Of a DNA stretch of 64,000 nt, positions 9,407 to 18,828 are shown one piece after another. A program made the position numbers and the translations under genes. The notes under the pieces are model-generated. The model was not told the DNA's origin. It made no database searches and saw nothing but the letters and a program-made list of their open reading frames with translations. Source of the stretch: an uncultured virus (IMG/VR IMGVR_UViG_3300013093_000023) (lineage: Duplodnaviria; Heunggongvirae; Uroviricota; Caudoviricetes); IMG/VR virus record IMGVR_UViG_3300013093_000023, positions 1 through 64,000 of that record. The stretch is one strand, 5' to 3'. Each line of letters opens with the position of its first letter. The first letter of the stretch is position 1.

Positions 9407-10024
9407 CTATTTCTTTTTAAGGTTTACCATTCCGCGGGGATCTCGTGGAATTGTGTTGTCGGTATTTTTTGTTACAGTTGGGAAATTTGGATTATATTTT
9501 CCTTGCGCCCTGGGGTTCCATCTGGCTTCTATACGTGTTTCCAAATCTTCAATAGCACGAGCATAGTCTTTATCGGTAATATTTCCAGGTTTGTTAATTG
9601 GATAAAAATAAATTTTAATTCCTTCTAAATCTTTAGCAACCTGACTGCTGTCTAACGCACTAACACCTTGTGCTAAAAAAATCTGAGCAAATTCTTTCCA
9701 TCTTTTGGGATAGTAAACTTTAGCACGATTTAATAATTTCTGAGTATGTGCATCCCATCTTTGCCCTAAATTATCTGCCCGAGCAATACCTACATAAAAA
9801 ATACCAAACGTTGGATGAGTCCAAATATACAATCCTTTTTGTTGTAATACTGATTTAGCTGTCTGTTTCCAACTTATTGTAACATACTCAGGATTATTTT
9901 GGCTAGGACAAACATCTGCCAAACTTAAAAGTTTATGAGCCTGTGGTCTTTCTAATGGTGGAGTAATTCTGATTGATGTTGTTTTTCCTGGAACTGGTAA
10001 TCCCAACACTTCGTCAATACGCAC
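9407..10024 (-). CDS. GIY-YIG-like nuclease domain protein (GTG start)
   Basis: KGLYIW...IFYVGIA....LGQRWDAH and a distal LETRI...WNP, matching the GIY-YIG/R/E/N pattern. Confidence 0.6.
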   Translation of the reverse strand: MRIDEVLGLPVPGKTTSIRITPPLERPQAHKLLSLADVCPSQNNPEYVTISWKQTAKSVLQQKGLYIWTHPTFGIFYVGIARADNLGQRWDAHTQKLLNRAKVYYPKRWKEFAQIFLAQGVSALDSSQVAKDLEGIKIYFYPINKPGNITDKDYARAIEDLETRIEARWNPRAQGKYNPNFPTVTKNTDNTIPRDPRGMVNLKKK

Positions 10025-10028
10025 GATA

Positions 10029-10976
10029 TTATCCCATTAACCAAGTTAAGGGCTGACTGTTGTCCACATATTGTTTGAGTTCTTCTTCGAGCTTTTCCAT
10101 ACCCTCTTTGGCTTCGCCTTTTAGGGTAGCACCATTTAGTGTAGTACCACCTTGTGGTCCAGCAATTTGGCCAAACTTTTCGCGAGCTTCACCTAGGATC
10201 ATTTTACAGAAGTTGTAGGCATACTCTTGGATCCAAGGATAAATGTAGGGGTCGTTAAACAACATTTGGTCCGGTTTTTGATTGAATACCCAAAGTAAAA
10301 CATTTTCCATTTGTGTTTGATCTGGGTTGGCGCCTTGCCAAGGCATTTTACGAACCAATGTTAACTTTTTAGTAATCGGATTAAAGGTAAAATTAATGTG
10401 TCCACCAAACATCTTCATTGCTAGTTTTTGATAGTCAACAAATAGTTCGTAGTTAGTTAATCCGCCAACACGTCCGGCTACCAACATATAAGTGTTTAGA
10501 TAGCCTGAACTAAATGGTTCAAACTGGCTACCAGTACCTGTTACGCTACCAATACCGCGGCGGAAGATTTGGCGCACTTGCATAATTTCTTTTGGTAGTA
10601 TGTATTCTTGTGTTTCAGGAAGCAAAGTCATACTTACATAACTTTCTTCTGTAGAATTTTGAGCACGTTGGCGATATCTAATCAGGGCCTGATTAATACC
10701 CATTTCGTAGTGTTCTTTGTCTAGCTCAACGTCAACAATGCCATCGGCCAAACGCATACGAATGTAATCTGTTATTGCGGCACGTAGGCTATTAGTGGTA
10801 TCACCGTACTGCCAATTTGGATCAGTGTTGCCAGGAGTATATACGTCAGGCGTACCATTAAACTCGATGTGTCCGGGGCCGGATCCTGTTGTAGGGTCGT
10901 ACAGGCTTTTAGTCTGTACGTTTAGATTTGCTGTGAATCCGGGATCTTCTACTACATTACCGGTAAATGGTGTCAT
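10029..10976 (-). CDS. gp13: Neck (head-tail adaptor) protein
   Basis: DYIRMRL.DG.VDVELD..HY...I..AL, WIQEYA....K.ILGEAREKF..IAGPQGGTTLNG..LK.EA...M.KLEEEL. AATAAATA box at 10999-11006. Confidence 0.88.
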   Translation of the reverse strand: MTPFTGNVVEDPGFTANLNVQTKSLYDPTTGSGPGHIEFNGTPDVYTPGNTDPNWQYGDTTNSLRAAITDYIRMRLADGIVDVELDKEHYEMGINQALIRYRQRAQNSTEESYVSMTLLPETQEYILPKEIMQVRQIFRRGIGSVTGTGSQFEPFSSGYLNTYMLVAGRVGGLTNYELFVDYQKLAMKMFGGHINFTFNPITKKLTLVRKMPWQGANPDQTQMENVLLWVFNQKPDQMLFNDPYIYPWIQEYAYNFCKMILGEAREKFGQIAGPQGGTTLNGATLKGEAKEGMEKLEEELKQYVDNSQPLTWLMG

Positions 10977-11004
10977 TGTGCTTTACTCCGTTATACAGTA
11001 TTTA

Positions 11005-12174
11005 TTACTGAACTCGGAGTAGCACCGTTTCTGCGTTTATGCGGCCATTAAGTTTGGTATCTGTAGCTTTGATATCTTCTAAGAATTTGCGTAGCTGTAC
11101 TTTAGTAGCCTTAGCAAATTCTTTGAGTTTTTCCTCGGGTTTACGCAGGGTTTTTGTCACTGATTTAAACTCATCAAAACCGGTAATTGTAGTACCTTTA
11201 ACATTCAGTGGGCCACGTATGCTATCAGCTATGTACTTGCCCAACTTGCGTGTTTTAGTGTTGTAAACCCACAGCTCTTGTGCGCCAATGATGTCGGCTG
11301 GGTTGATACTTACAATTTTAAGCGTTTTGTCTTCTTTGGCAAATTTTAGTTTAGCAACAACTTTTTCTTTGCTGACACTACGTGGAGCACGAACTTTCTT
11401 AGTGGCTTTTTTAACATTACGATAGGCCATAATGTCATTTAGTATTTGATCGATAAAGCCCATAATACGTTTAAAGTCGGCTGTTTTGTAATGGCTGTAA
11501 CCTTCAGCTACCTGCTCGTCCTCTTTATTAAAGGCCTGTGCTAGTTCCACAAAACGTCGTTGGAATAGTTCTTCGTATTTGCCAAGTTGACTTTGTGGTA
11601 CGTTATTAGCTACTAAAAAGTCGTAGGGTTTGAATGTATATTTCTTGTCGGTGATAAACTGATCGTAGTGTCCTTCAAGTTCGCCAATGGTTTCGCTGGT
11701 CTTTTCATTTAGACGATCTTGTATGGTAGGTACATAGGCCTTGGGTTTGGCATCCACCGCAACTTCAACTACTTCGTCCGTGGCGTGTGTAATGGCTCGC
11801 TCAATTTGAGTATCAATGTAGGCTATGTGTTCAGCCAACAATGGCATACCTTGACGATGTGCCATAATCAAACTACATACTGTCATTTCTGTAGCACGAT
11901 CCGGACTACGCTCGTAGGCTTTAATTTCCTCTTTGGTAAATTCGGCTGTTTTCTTTAACCACTCAACTACATACTTCTTACAGTCTTTTTGATTGTAGTA
12001 ATAATTGTAGTAGTAAAAACTCTTACGCATATGATGGTCAAAGTCTTCTTTAGACATTGCCAAGGCACGTTCAGTGTCCCACACTGGTTCGCCACCGGTA
12101 TACTTTTCATCGTGTAGTGCCGGATTACGTTGTGCCTTATGTCGAGCCTTTACTGTCTTACCGTTGAGTTTCAT
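11005..12174 (-). CDS. Hypothetical protein of unknown function (Lys-rich C-terminus)
   Basis: 389-aa ORF overlapping the upstream exonuclease gene. C-terminal SINPADIIGAQELWVYNTKTRKL...KTLRKPEE...NGRIN block. Confidence 0.8.
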   Translation of the reverse strand: MKLNGKTVKARHKAQRNPALHDEKYTGGEPVWDTERALAMSKEDFDHHMRKSFYYYNYYYNQKDCKKYVVEWLKKTAEFTKEEIKAYERSPDRATEMTVCSLIMAHRQGMPLLAEHIAYIDTQIERAITHATDEVVEVAVDAKPKAYVPTIQDRLNEKTSETIGELEGHYDQFITDKKYTFKPYDFLVANNVPQSQLGKYEELFQRRFVELAQAFNKEDEQVAEGYSHYKTADFKRIMGFIDQILNDIMAYRNVKKATKKVRAPRSVSKEKVVAKLKFAKEDKTLKIVSINPADIIGAQELWVYNTKTRKLGKYIADSIRGPLNVKGTTITGFDEFKSVTKTLRKPEEKLKEFAKATKVQLRKFLEDIKATDTKLNGRINAETVLLRVQ

Positions 12175-12670
12175 TGTGTCTTTCCCTTACTAAAGGTTTG
12201 TATGCGAACATATTGGCGTGGGCATCATACAATGCCATATGCTGTTGCCAACCTATTGTGTCTTTCTCTAACCAAAACCAATCCAGGGCCTGTTTATCTA
12301 GGTCACCCCAGATATTTGTAGCCTGGATATTTACAAATAATTCTTCTTCAGGTAGTAATAATAACATTTTGGACATTAAATGCCAATCGGTATTATAATC
12401 AAAACATATGGTAACAATAGTACTTTGGTAGTACTTTAACCATTCGTTAAGTTTTATAGCAATACCGTAATAATTATCTACTACACGATCTGGGTGCCGT
12501 CCCAATAATGGTAGCACTATTTCCCGAACAAAATCTGAACAGGCTTCTTGTCTGTACTGTGTGCTTTCTGCGTAGAATTCCCTACCATTTTCGTCGACTA
12601 ATCCAATGGATATTAAATCGCATTCGGATTCGGCAAAGTCAGTAAATTCGGTGTCCAAGAATATTAACAT
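12158..12670 (-). CDS. DEDDh 3'-5' exonuclease/exoribonuclease-like protein
   Basis: IFLDTEFTD...LISIGLV.E.G.EFYAE, DYNTDW, HMALYDA (ExoI-III motifs). Confidence 0.8.
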   Translation of the reverse strand: MLIFLDTEFTDFAESECDLISIGLVDENGREFYAESTQYRQEACSDFVREIVLPLLGRHPDRVVDNYYGIAIKLNEWLKYYQSTIVTICFDYNTDWHLMSKMLLLLPEEELFVNIQATNIWGDLDKQALDWFWLEKDTIGWQQHMALYDAHANMFAYKPLVRERHNETQR

Positions 12671-12675
12671 AAACT

Positions 12676-12704
12676 ATTATAACATTTTGGAAATATTTAG
12701 TCAA
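12676..12704 (-). promoter_or_regulatory. Sigma70-type early promoter TTGACT-N17-TATAAT (extended TG)
   Basis: Minus strand: TTGACT aaatatttccaaaatgt TATAAT agttt ATG. Confidence 0.75.
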
Positions 12705-12943
12705 CCATTGAGCAAAGTAGCAAAAACCAAATACTGCTCTAATAAGTTTACATCTTCTTCAAGCTCTTGTTTAAGCTCTATCATACGAGCAGTATCTCTG
12801 CCTTTTCTGCGACAAACTACATCTTCCCGGCTGATCTCATCTTCTGTGCGTTTACAGTTGTGCCATATACGCTTAAGATCGCGTTGGTGCTCTTGCTTAC
12901 AGGCAATAATTTTGAAGAATAGCTCGTCAATTCTCTGGCTCAT
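12701..12943 (-). CDS. Hypothetical early protein
   Basis: 80-aa ORF directly after a consensus sigma70 promoter. Confidence 0.7.
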   Translation of the reverse strand: MSQRIDELFFKIIACKQEHQRDLKRIWHNCKRTEDEISREDVVCRRKGRDTARMIELKQELEEDVNLLEQYLVFATLLNG

Positions 12944-12949
12944 AATATG

Positions 12950-12978
12950 ATTATAACATTTTGGGAATTAGCCGTCAA
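12950..12978 (-). promoter_or_regulatory. Sigma70-type early promoter TTGACG-N17-TATAAT (extended TG)
   Basis: Minus strand: TTGACG gctaattcccaaaatgt TATAAT catatt ATG. Confidence 0.78.
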
Positions 12979-12983
12979 CAGGG

Positions 12984-12991
12984 GATAAATA
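12984..12991 (+). promoter_or_regulatory. Late promoter GATAAATA for gp14-gp15-NUDIX
   Basis: Followed by AGGA SD and ATG at 13012. Confidence 0.7.
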
Positions 12992-13011
12992 CTAGACTAA
13001 TAGGAATAGCT

Positions 13012-14154
13012 ATGCCACGTTTAAGTCTTTGGAAAGACGGTCAACACTCAAATGATTATAAGTTTTTTGATCGCAGAATTTCAGAAATGTTTACCATTGG
13101 CGGTACTGGTGTACTATTAAACAAGTATCTTGGGCCAGTAGAACAAACTGGTAGCACAGACCCGACCCGTCCAGATTATTTAAATCAAAGTGAGCAGAAC
13201 ATTCAAGACCTGCTATGGGTAGAAAATCGTGACCGCAAGTACAGCCAAGACGTTTATAAAATGCGTGGAATTTATCAACGTGCTGATCAAGACTTTGACT
13301 TAAGTCAATTTGGTTTATTCTTACAAACTGGTACAATCTTCATGGTGTTCCATTTGCGTGATATGGTGGATACCATTGGCCGTAAGTTAATAGCCGGCGA
13401 TGTACTAGAACTTCAGCACCTAAAAGATTATGATGCTTTAGACGGAGACTTACCAGCGGCACTAAAACGTTACTATGTTGTTGGTGATGCTAGTTTTGCG
13501 TCAGAAGGTTTTAGTCCAACCTGGTGGCCACATTTATGGCGTGTTAAACTCAACCCATTGGTAGATAGCCAAGAATACAAAGACATTCTCAACAACATCA
13601 AAGCTGGCCCCGGAACAGATACGCCAGTTGGACAAATTTTAAGTACCTACGATAAGTTTATTAATATCAACAATTCCATTGTTGCTCAGGCCGAACTTGA
13701 CGTTCCTAAATCTGGTTACGACACAAGCCCATTTTATGATTTAGCTACCAACAACGATGGTAGCCCAGTTGGGGGCAATAGCAGTTATCCTGATGATAGT
13801 TCTACTACTATAACAGCAGACAATACTAATATTACTGCAGACTCAACTCCAGTGAGCCCAACAAGTAAAGTACAAGGTTACTTAACCGGCGATGGCCGTG
13901 CGCCAAATGGCCTAGTAACTGGTGCTGGCGTAGCGTTCCCGGCTCAACCTGCTATAGGAGATTATTTCTTGCGTTTAGACTATTTGCCAAATCGCCTATT
14001 CCGTTTCAACGGTACTAGCTGGATCAAGATTGAAGATAGTGTACGTGCTAATATCACACCTGGAACAGATACTTTGACACAGCGCATGAGTTATGTAAAT
14101 AATACTACTACTCAACCACTAAGCAAAATTTTAAGACCAAAGGCCGATAACTAA
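13012..14154 (+). CDS. gp14: Neck protein (T4 gp14-like) with C-terminal extension
   Basis: MPRLSLWK...IQDLLWVENRDRKY...FDLSQFGLFL....IFMVFH..DMV..IGRKL..GDVLEL.H. Precedes gp15. Start moved to ATG 13012 on the basis of SD and promoter. Confidence 0.75.
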   Translation: MPRLSLWKDGQHSNDYKFFDRRISEMFTIGGTGVLLNKYLGPVEQTGSTDPTRPDYLNQSEQNIQDLLWVENRDRKYSQDVYKMRGIYQRADQDFDLSQFGLFLQTGTIFMVFHLRDMVDTIGRKLIAGDVLELQHLKDYDALDGDLPAALKRYYVVGDASFASEGFSPTWWPHLWRVKLNPLVDSQEYKDILNNIKAGPGTDTPVGQILSTYDKFININNSIVAQAELDVPKSGYDTSPFYDLATNNDGSPVGGNSSYPDDSSTTITADNTNITADSTPVSPTSKVQGYLTGDGRAPNGLVTGAGVAFPAQPAIGDYFLRLDYLPNRLFRFNGTSWIKIEDSVRANITPGTDTLTQRMSYVNNTTTQPLSKILRPKADN

Positions 14155-15557
14155 TGCCAGTACAATTTAACTACGATGGACAAATCCGTCGATTTGTAAT
14201 ACAGTTTATTCGTATGCTATCTAACTTTCAGGTTGAATTTGGCAAAGACGAACAAGGCAATCAGACACTACAAACTATTCCAGTCTACTATGGTGATCAA
14301 AGTCGTCAGGCCGCAATGATCCTACGAGGTAATAGCGAGAACACTCTTAATGCTGTTCCTGCTATTGCTGTTTACATTGGCGGATTAGCGTATGATCGTA
14401 ATCGTTTACAAAATCCCTACTTTGAAGATACTAGACGTGTTCGTGAACAATCATTTGACCCGGTATCACAGAGTTATGTTGGCAGTCAAGAAGGTATCTA
14501 TACTGTAGAGCGCCTAATGCCAGCACCGTATAAGCTAACACTCAAAGCCGATATTTGGACCAGCAACACTGAACAAAAACATCAAATTATTGAACAAATA
14601 CTACCTTTGTTTAATCCGGCATTGGAAATACAAAGCACAGACAACTATCTTGATTGGACCAGTTTAAGTGCTATAGAGTTATCTGATGTTTCTTATACAA
14701 GTCGTAGCGTACCAATGATGGGCGACGATACACAAATTGATATTGCTAATTTAACTTTTGAATTACCAATTTGGTTAACCTTACCTGCTAAGGTCAAGAA
14801 AGGCGGAGTAGTTGCGGAAATTATCGCTAGCATATACGACGCACAAGGAGATCTGAGTTCGGGTGTTGTTACTGTTCTTAACGGCCTAATGAGTCAACAA
14901 CGTTTTACTCCGTTGGGCTACGAAGTTGTTTACACTGGTCCTAATATTTTAACTTTGTACACTCATACTGCTCACGACAACGATGGTGTTGTTGTAGGTG
15001 AAAAAGCCGACTGGAACGGGTTAATTAATATGTATGGAAAGATAGTCAACGGTATCAGTCAGGCTCGTTTACAATTTCCATACCCAGGTGGTAGTCACGA
15101 GATAGTTGGTACTGTAGCAATGAATCCTGTAGATCCTAGTCAACTTATATTCTCGGTAGATGATGCTACCAAGCCTGCCAATACATTACCACCAGTTAAT
15201 GCTATCATTGATCCATTTACTGTTACTGTTGATAGTAATATCTTAACCCCTGCATTACATACTCGTTACCTTATACTAAATCCAATTGGTAGTTTTGACA
15301 GCGAAAGTGCCGCGGCCTGGGCAGGTCCTGAATCAACCCAGTTAGTAGCCAATGCCAATGATATCATTGAGTGGAATGGCAGTTATTGGACTGTGAGTTT
15401 TGATAGTCAACGTAATCCAGGTATACAGTATGTTTCAAATTTAAGAACTACTGTAGCCGGTAATCCAGCACCAGTACAATATCGTTGGTACGAAGGTGAA
15501 TGGACTAGAAGCTATGAAGGCCTGTACAAAGCCGGAGAGTGGAGTTTGGTTCTATAA
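14154..15557 (+). CDS. gp15: Tail completion / sheath stabilizer protein
   Basis: YDGQIRRFVIQF.R..SNF, IPVYYG, MPAPYKL....DIWTSN.EQK.QI.EQILPLFNP. Confidence 0.85.
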   Translation: MPVQFNYDGQIRRFVIQFIRMLSNFQVEFGKDEQGNQTLQTIPVYYGDQSRQAAMILRGNSENTLNAVPAIAVYIGGLAYDRNRLQNPYFEDTRRVREQSFDPVSQSYVGSQEGIYTVERLMPAPYKLTLKADIWTSNTEQKHQIIEQILPLFNPALEIQSTDNYLDWTSLSAIELSDVSYTSRSVPMMGDDTQIDIANLTFELPIWLTLPAKVKKGGVVAEIIASIYDAQGDLSSGVVTVLNGLMSQQRFTPLGYEVVYTGPNILTLYTHTAHDNDGVVVGEKADWNGLINMYGKIVNGISQARLQFPYPGGSHEIVGTVAMNPVDPSQLIFSVDDATKPANTLPPVNAIIDPFTVTVDSNILTPALHTRYLILNPIGSFDSESAAAWAGPESTQLVANANDIIEWNGSYWTVSFDSQRNPGIQYVSNLRTTVAGNPAPVQYRWYEGEWTRSYEGLYKAGEWSLVL

Positions 15558-15988
15558 TGTCAGATAAACACACCGAAGGTGTTGGCGCATTAATTTACGC
15601 CAGGTCTACCAATCGTTATCTTTTTTTACTGCGTAACAAAAGTCGCCAACAAGGCTTTTGGGGTATTGTTGGTGGAAAAATAGAATCCAACGAAACTGTT
15701 ATACAGGCATTGGTAAGAGAAATACAAGAAGAAATTGGTGTTGATTATACCAAGAAGAAATTTATTCCCTTAGAAACATTTACATCAGACAATAATAAAT
15801 TTGTTTATTATACATTTTTAGTAAACGTTGATACAGAGTTTGTGCCAACTCTTAACAAAGAACACCGAGGGTATTGCTGGGTAGAAATGCAGGATCATCC
15901 CAAGCCACTACATCCTGGGCTGTGGCGTAGTTTTAATTTTGATATTATTAAAAAGAAAATTAAGACTTTAGAAAGTATTCTAAACTAA
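15557..15988 (+). CDS. NUDIX hydrolase
   Basis: Nudix box GGKIESNETVIQALVREIQEEIG. ATG overlaps the gp15 stop (TAATG). Confidence 0.88.
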   Translation: MSDKHTEGVGALIYARSTNRYLFLLRNKSRQQGFWGIVGGKIESNETVIQALVREIQEEIGVDYTKKKFIPLETFTSDNNKFVYYTFLVNVDTEFVPTLNKEHRGYCWVEMQDHPKPLHPGLWRSFNFDIIKKKIKTLESILN

Positions 15989-16725
15989 CCTAAGTCTGAT
16001 TCAGTAACAAATCCACGATAGTCAATTTGTCTAAAATTAGTAATACCTTTCCATCCGTCGGGAATGTAAGCGGCTGTGTTTGGCATCACTCTTATAAATT
16101 CAACATCACTGTAGGTTGTCATTACCATATTTAAAGACTTGGTAAAGAAGTCGCCATTTAACACGTGATTGTTGGCTGGATAACCGTTTGTATCTTTGTA
16201 AATGTTATTTGTTGTTTCAGGACCTGGATAGTTGTCAAAGCCAAGTAAAAAGACTTTAGTATGTCCATCAAAGCAGGCTAGGTAAGCGGCCAATGCGCCG
16301 GCATCGTAGTGTAGGTTTTGTGGTACCAGATAAAATTGTTCAGGATACTTTAATACAGATTCTGATGTTGCGTAACAAATATTGTCTTTGGTATATTCAC
16401 TTTGAGCAATTTCGTCAACTATTGTATCGCCAATTGCTACTAAAAAATCTGGTGTAAAATCTCTGTACAAGGCATTACATCCATAGCTTTGTAATTTGTC
16501 GGCTGCTAGTAATCCGCCTTTGTGATTGGCAATATGCTGTAGATTAAATCCTTGACGGCTTTCACCGTTGCCAATAACAACCGCCCGACTAGTTGTGTGT
16601 GTATTAAACACCGCATTAGGAATGTACTCTGTGCTTGGATCCCAGGCATTATCGGACAACGTGAGTTTTCCAACAATGTGTTCGCCGGCATAGTTTGAGC
16701 GGTATATTTTTCTTAATTGTTGCAT
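15985..16725 (-). CDS. Maf/DUF115/sialyltransferase-like Rossmann protein (putative glycosyltransferase)
   Basis: AVVIGNGESR, YGCNALYRDFTPDFLVA, AG.LA.YLA...G...VFLLGFD motifs. Confidence 0.55.
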   Translation of the reverse strand: MQQLRKIYRSNYAGEHIVGKLTLSDNAWDPSTEYIPNAVFNTHTTSRAVVIGNGESRQGFNLQHIANHKGGLLAADKLQSYGCNALYRDFTPDFLVAIGDTIVDEIAQSEYTKDNICYATSESVLKYPEQFYLVPQNLHYDAGALAAYLACFDGHTKVFLLGFDNYPGPETTNNIYKDTNGYPANNHVLNGDFFTKSLNMVMTTYSDVEFIRVMPNTAAYIPDGWKGITNFRQIDYRGFVTESDLG

Positions 16726-16731
16726 AATATG

Positions 16732-17487
16732 CTATACCCCAAAACGACCACGTGTAGCCGTAAAATATTGTAATATTTCGTCGTTGTTTAAATTGCGTTG
16801 ATAAATGGCGCACTGACTGATAAGTCCAAAATACTGGCTAGCATTGGCCGGGTTAAAGTCACCGTTATTGTAAGCACCAAGACTACATATACCATCATTA
16901 AACGTGGCGTTTGAACTAGATATACTACCAACAATACTACTAGGACTGCCGTTAATGCTTAGTTGATACTGTGGACTTGAAGTAGAAAACTGCCAGGTCA
17001 TCATTACCCAACTGTTTGGATAGCCAGGTAAACTTTGTTGACTATATCCTGAATTGTTAAATCCTGTGCCGTGATCGTTATCGTACATACCAACGGCCCA
17101 ACTGCCTGCTTGAAATATAACCTGATGGTTTTGACTGCCAGATAGTCCACGAAATAGTGTACGCCAATTGCCTGTGCTGTTTAGTGGAATACACCAAACA
17201 ATGGCTGTTATATTTCCACTGATGTGTATGTCTGATCCCGATGCCGATTTAGCACACCCGTAACTACCATTGAAATTCATATATGCCGGTGTACCACTAG
17301 CCCAGGCACTAGACACAATATTCATGTGATTTTGACGACCACTAAGATCATACCACACGCTACCCGAACCCGGGTAGCTGGATAGATTACTTGCATCTAA
17401 GAATAAAAATAATCCGTTTGATGGAGGCGTTTGATTTCTTCTAAAATCTTTTACGCTTGCGCCGCCTAGTGTACTTAATGCTGGCAT
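16732..17487 (-). CDS. Concanavalin A/LamG-like lectin domain virion protein
   Basis: GL.L.LDA.N..SYPGSGS.WYDLSG..N, F.G.IS....Y.R.L...EI.Q.F.A.RGRFGV. Confidence 0.8.
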   Translation of the reverse strand: MPALSTLGGASVKDFRRNQTPPSNGLFLFLDASNLSSYPGSGSVWYDLSGRQNHMNIVSSAWASGTPAYMNFNGSYGCAKSASGSDIHISGNITAIVWCIPLNSTGNWRTLFRGLSGSQNHQVIFQAGSWAVGMYDNDHGTGFNNSGYSQQSLPGYPNSWVMMTWQFSTSSPQYQLSINGSPSSIVGSISSSNATFNDGICSLGAYNNGDFNPANASQYFGLISQCAIYQRNLNNDEILQYFTATRGRFGV

Positions 17488-17495
17488 AGCGGATC

Positions 17496-18815
17496 CTATG
17501 CGAACTTGGTTATGCTACCAAGTACAGTATATACAGGAATACAAGTTGGTGGGGTTACAATTTGTGTAGCGTAGGTACGTATAATAGTAAACGAATAAAC
17601 ATCAATACTATTAGCAGATCCATAACTTGGAGAAGCACCGTTTTGCCAACGAACTGATTGTGCTATACCATCGATTTGAAAGCCGGTTAGATAATAAGGA
17701 GTACCACCGTTTGTGTTTAAGAAGGTAATACTTAAACTCTGACCGGGCTGTAATAGTGTACTCAGGCTGGTACCAGTTGTACTTGTTACAGCGTATCCGT
17801 ATATAGCAGACTGTGCTGGTAAGTAGCCCCAGTTGTTTAGTGTGTATGTACCAGTTGTGCCTGAACCTGTTTGTATTACTGTGTTAGCAAATAGTGGAGG
17901 ATAAGTAGCACCATTGATAGTATAACCTGCAGATCCAACTTTCATACCTGAAGTAAATGATCCAGTACCAACTTCATTAATAGTCATTGTATAGGCATTA
18001 ACAGTACCCTGTGCCTGGACTGTTGGAGTTGATGAATATACGTTTACATTTGACCCTAATACATTAATTGTAAAGTTAGAGGTAGCAGTACCTTGATAAT
18101 ATAGTACGCTTTGACTAGTTACATAAAAAGGAATTGTGCCACTTACCGACGCATTAGACACAGTAGCTACTTCGCCAATGTTGGTAAACATTGATGAAAG
18201 TTGTGTTGTACTACCGTTAAAAAATTGTGTAGTGGTAATGGTACCAGGCGAGTACGGAATACCATTGGCCCAGTTAACACCATTAGTAGTTACTAAACTA
18301 CCTACAGTACTGGTTCCAATATTAGTAATATTATTAACAATTAGATTGCCGGTGGGGTTAGGGGTGCCACCTTTTACTACAACTTTCAATGGTTGTGGAC
18401 TTTTGGTTTGGTTTGTATCTAAACAGATTGCCAATACTGTTGGGGCAATACCCATACCACTAACTGTAGTTGGAGGATTTTGTTCCAAGCTCATTAGTGT
18501 GCCAGGAATGTTACCTGCTACTAACTTATCACCAGCAAACGCTGGCCCTTGTACTAAAGCAATGGTTCTACCGTGCGTAGTAACTGGAATATATGCGCCG
18601 CCTTGTCTGACTGTTAAATCAGCATCAGCGTTTGATAATATACCAGGGTTAGTACTAACAACGCCAATTGGTTGAGTACAATAAGGTGTTACACACAATG
18701 TAACTTCGTATGGATTATTGCCGCTAGGTTTGACTAGGGTACCTACTGGGTAGGCTGCCTCGCTTAGATATAATTGGGCTGTTTCTGCTCCGCTACCGAT
18801 AATATTAGTTGCCAC
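17496..18815 (-). CDS. Fibre-associated protein with N-terminal Peptidase_G2/cement-like domain (GTG start)
   Basis: N-terminus is paralogous to the C-terminal DLAE domains of the two upstream genes. C-terminal fibre-tip module V.WQNG..P.......IDVYSFTII. Confidence 0.65.
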   Translation of the reverse strand: MATNIIGSGAETAQLYLSEAAYPVGTLVKPSGNNPYEVTLCVTPYCTQPIGVVSTNPGILSNADADLTVRQGGAYIPVTTHGRTIALVQGPAFAGDKLVAGNIPGTLMSLEQNPPTTVSGMGIAPTVLAICLDTNQTKSPQPLKVVVKGGTPNPTGNLIVNNITNIGTSTVGSLVTTNGVNWANGIPYSPGTITTTQFFNGSTTQLSSMFTNIGEVATVSNASVSGTIPFYVTSQSVLYYQGTATSNFTINVLGSNVNVYSSTPTVQAQGTVNAYTMTINEVGTGSFTSGMKVGSAGYTINGATYPPLFANTVIQTGSGTTGTYTLNNWGYLPAQSAIYGYAVTSTTGTSLSTLLQPGQSLSITFLNTNGGTPYYLTGFQIDGIAQSVRWQNGASPSYGSANSIDVYSFTIIRTYATQIVTPPTCIPVYTVLGSITKFA

Positions 18816-18828
18816 GGTTAGCCCTCAT

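Noticed and set aside
12961..13011. Upstream TTG start for gp14 (likewise GTG 15539 for the NUDIX gene and 59779 for the 147-aa ORF)
   Set aside because: The late promoter and SD point to ATG 13012; stop-start coupling supports 15557 and 59734.
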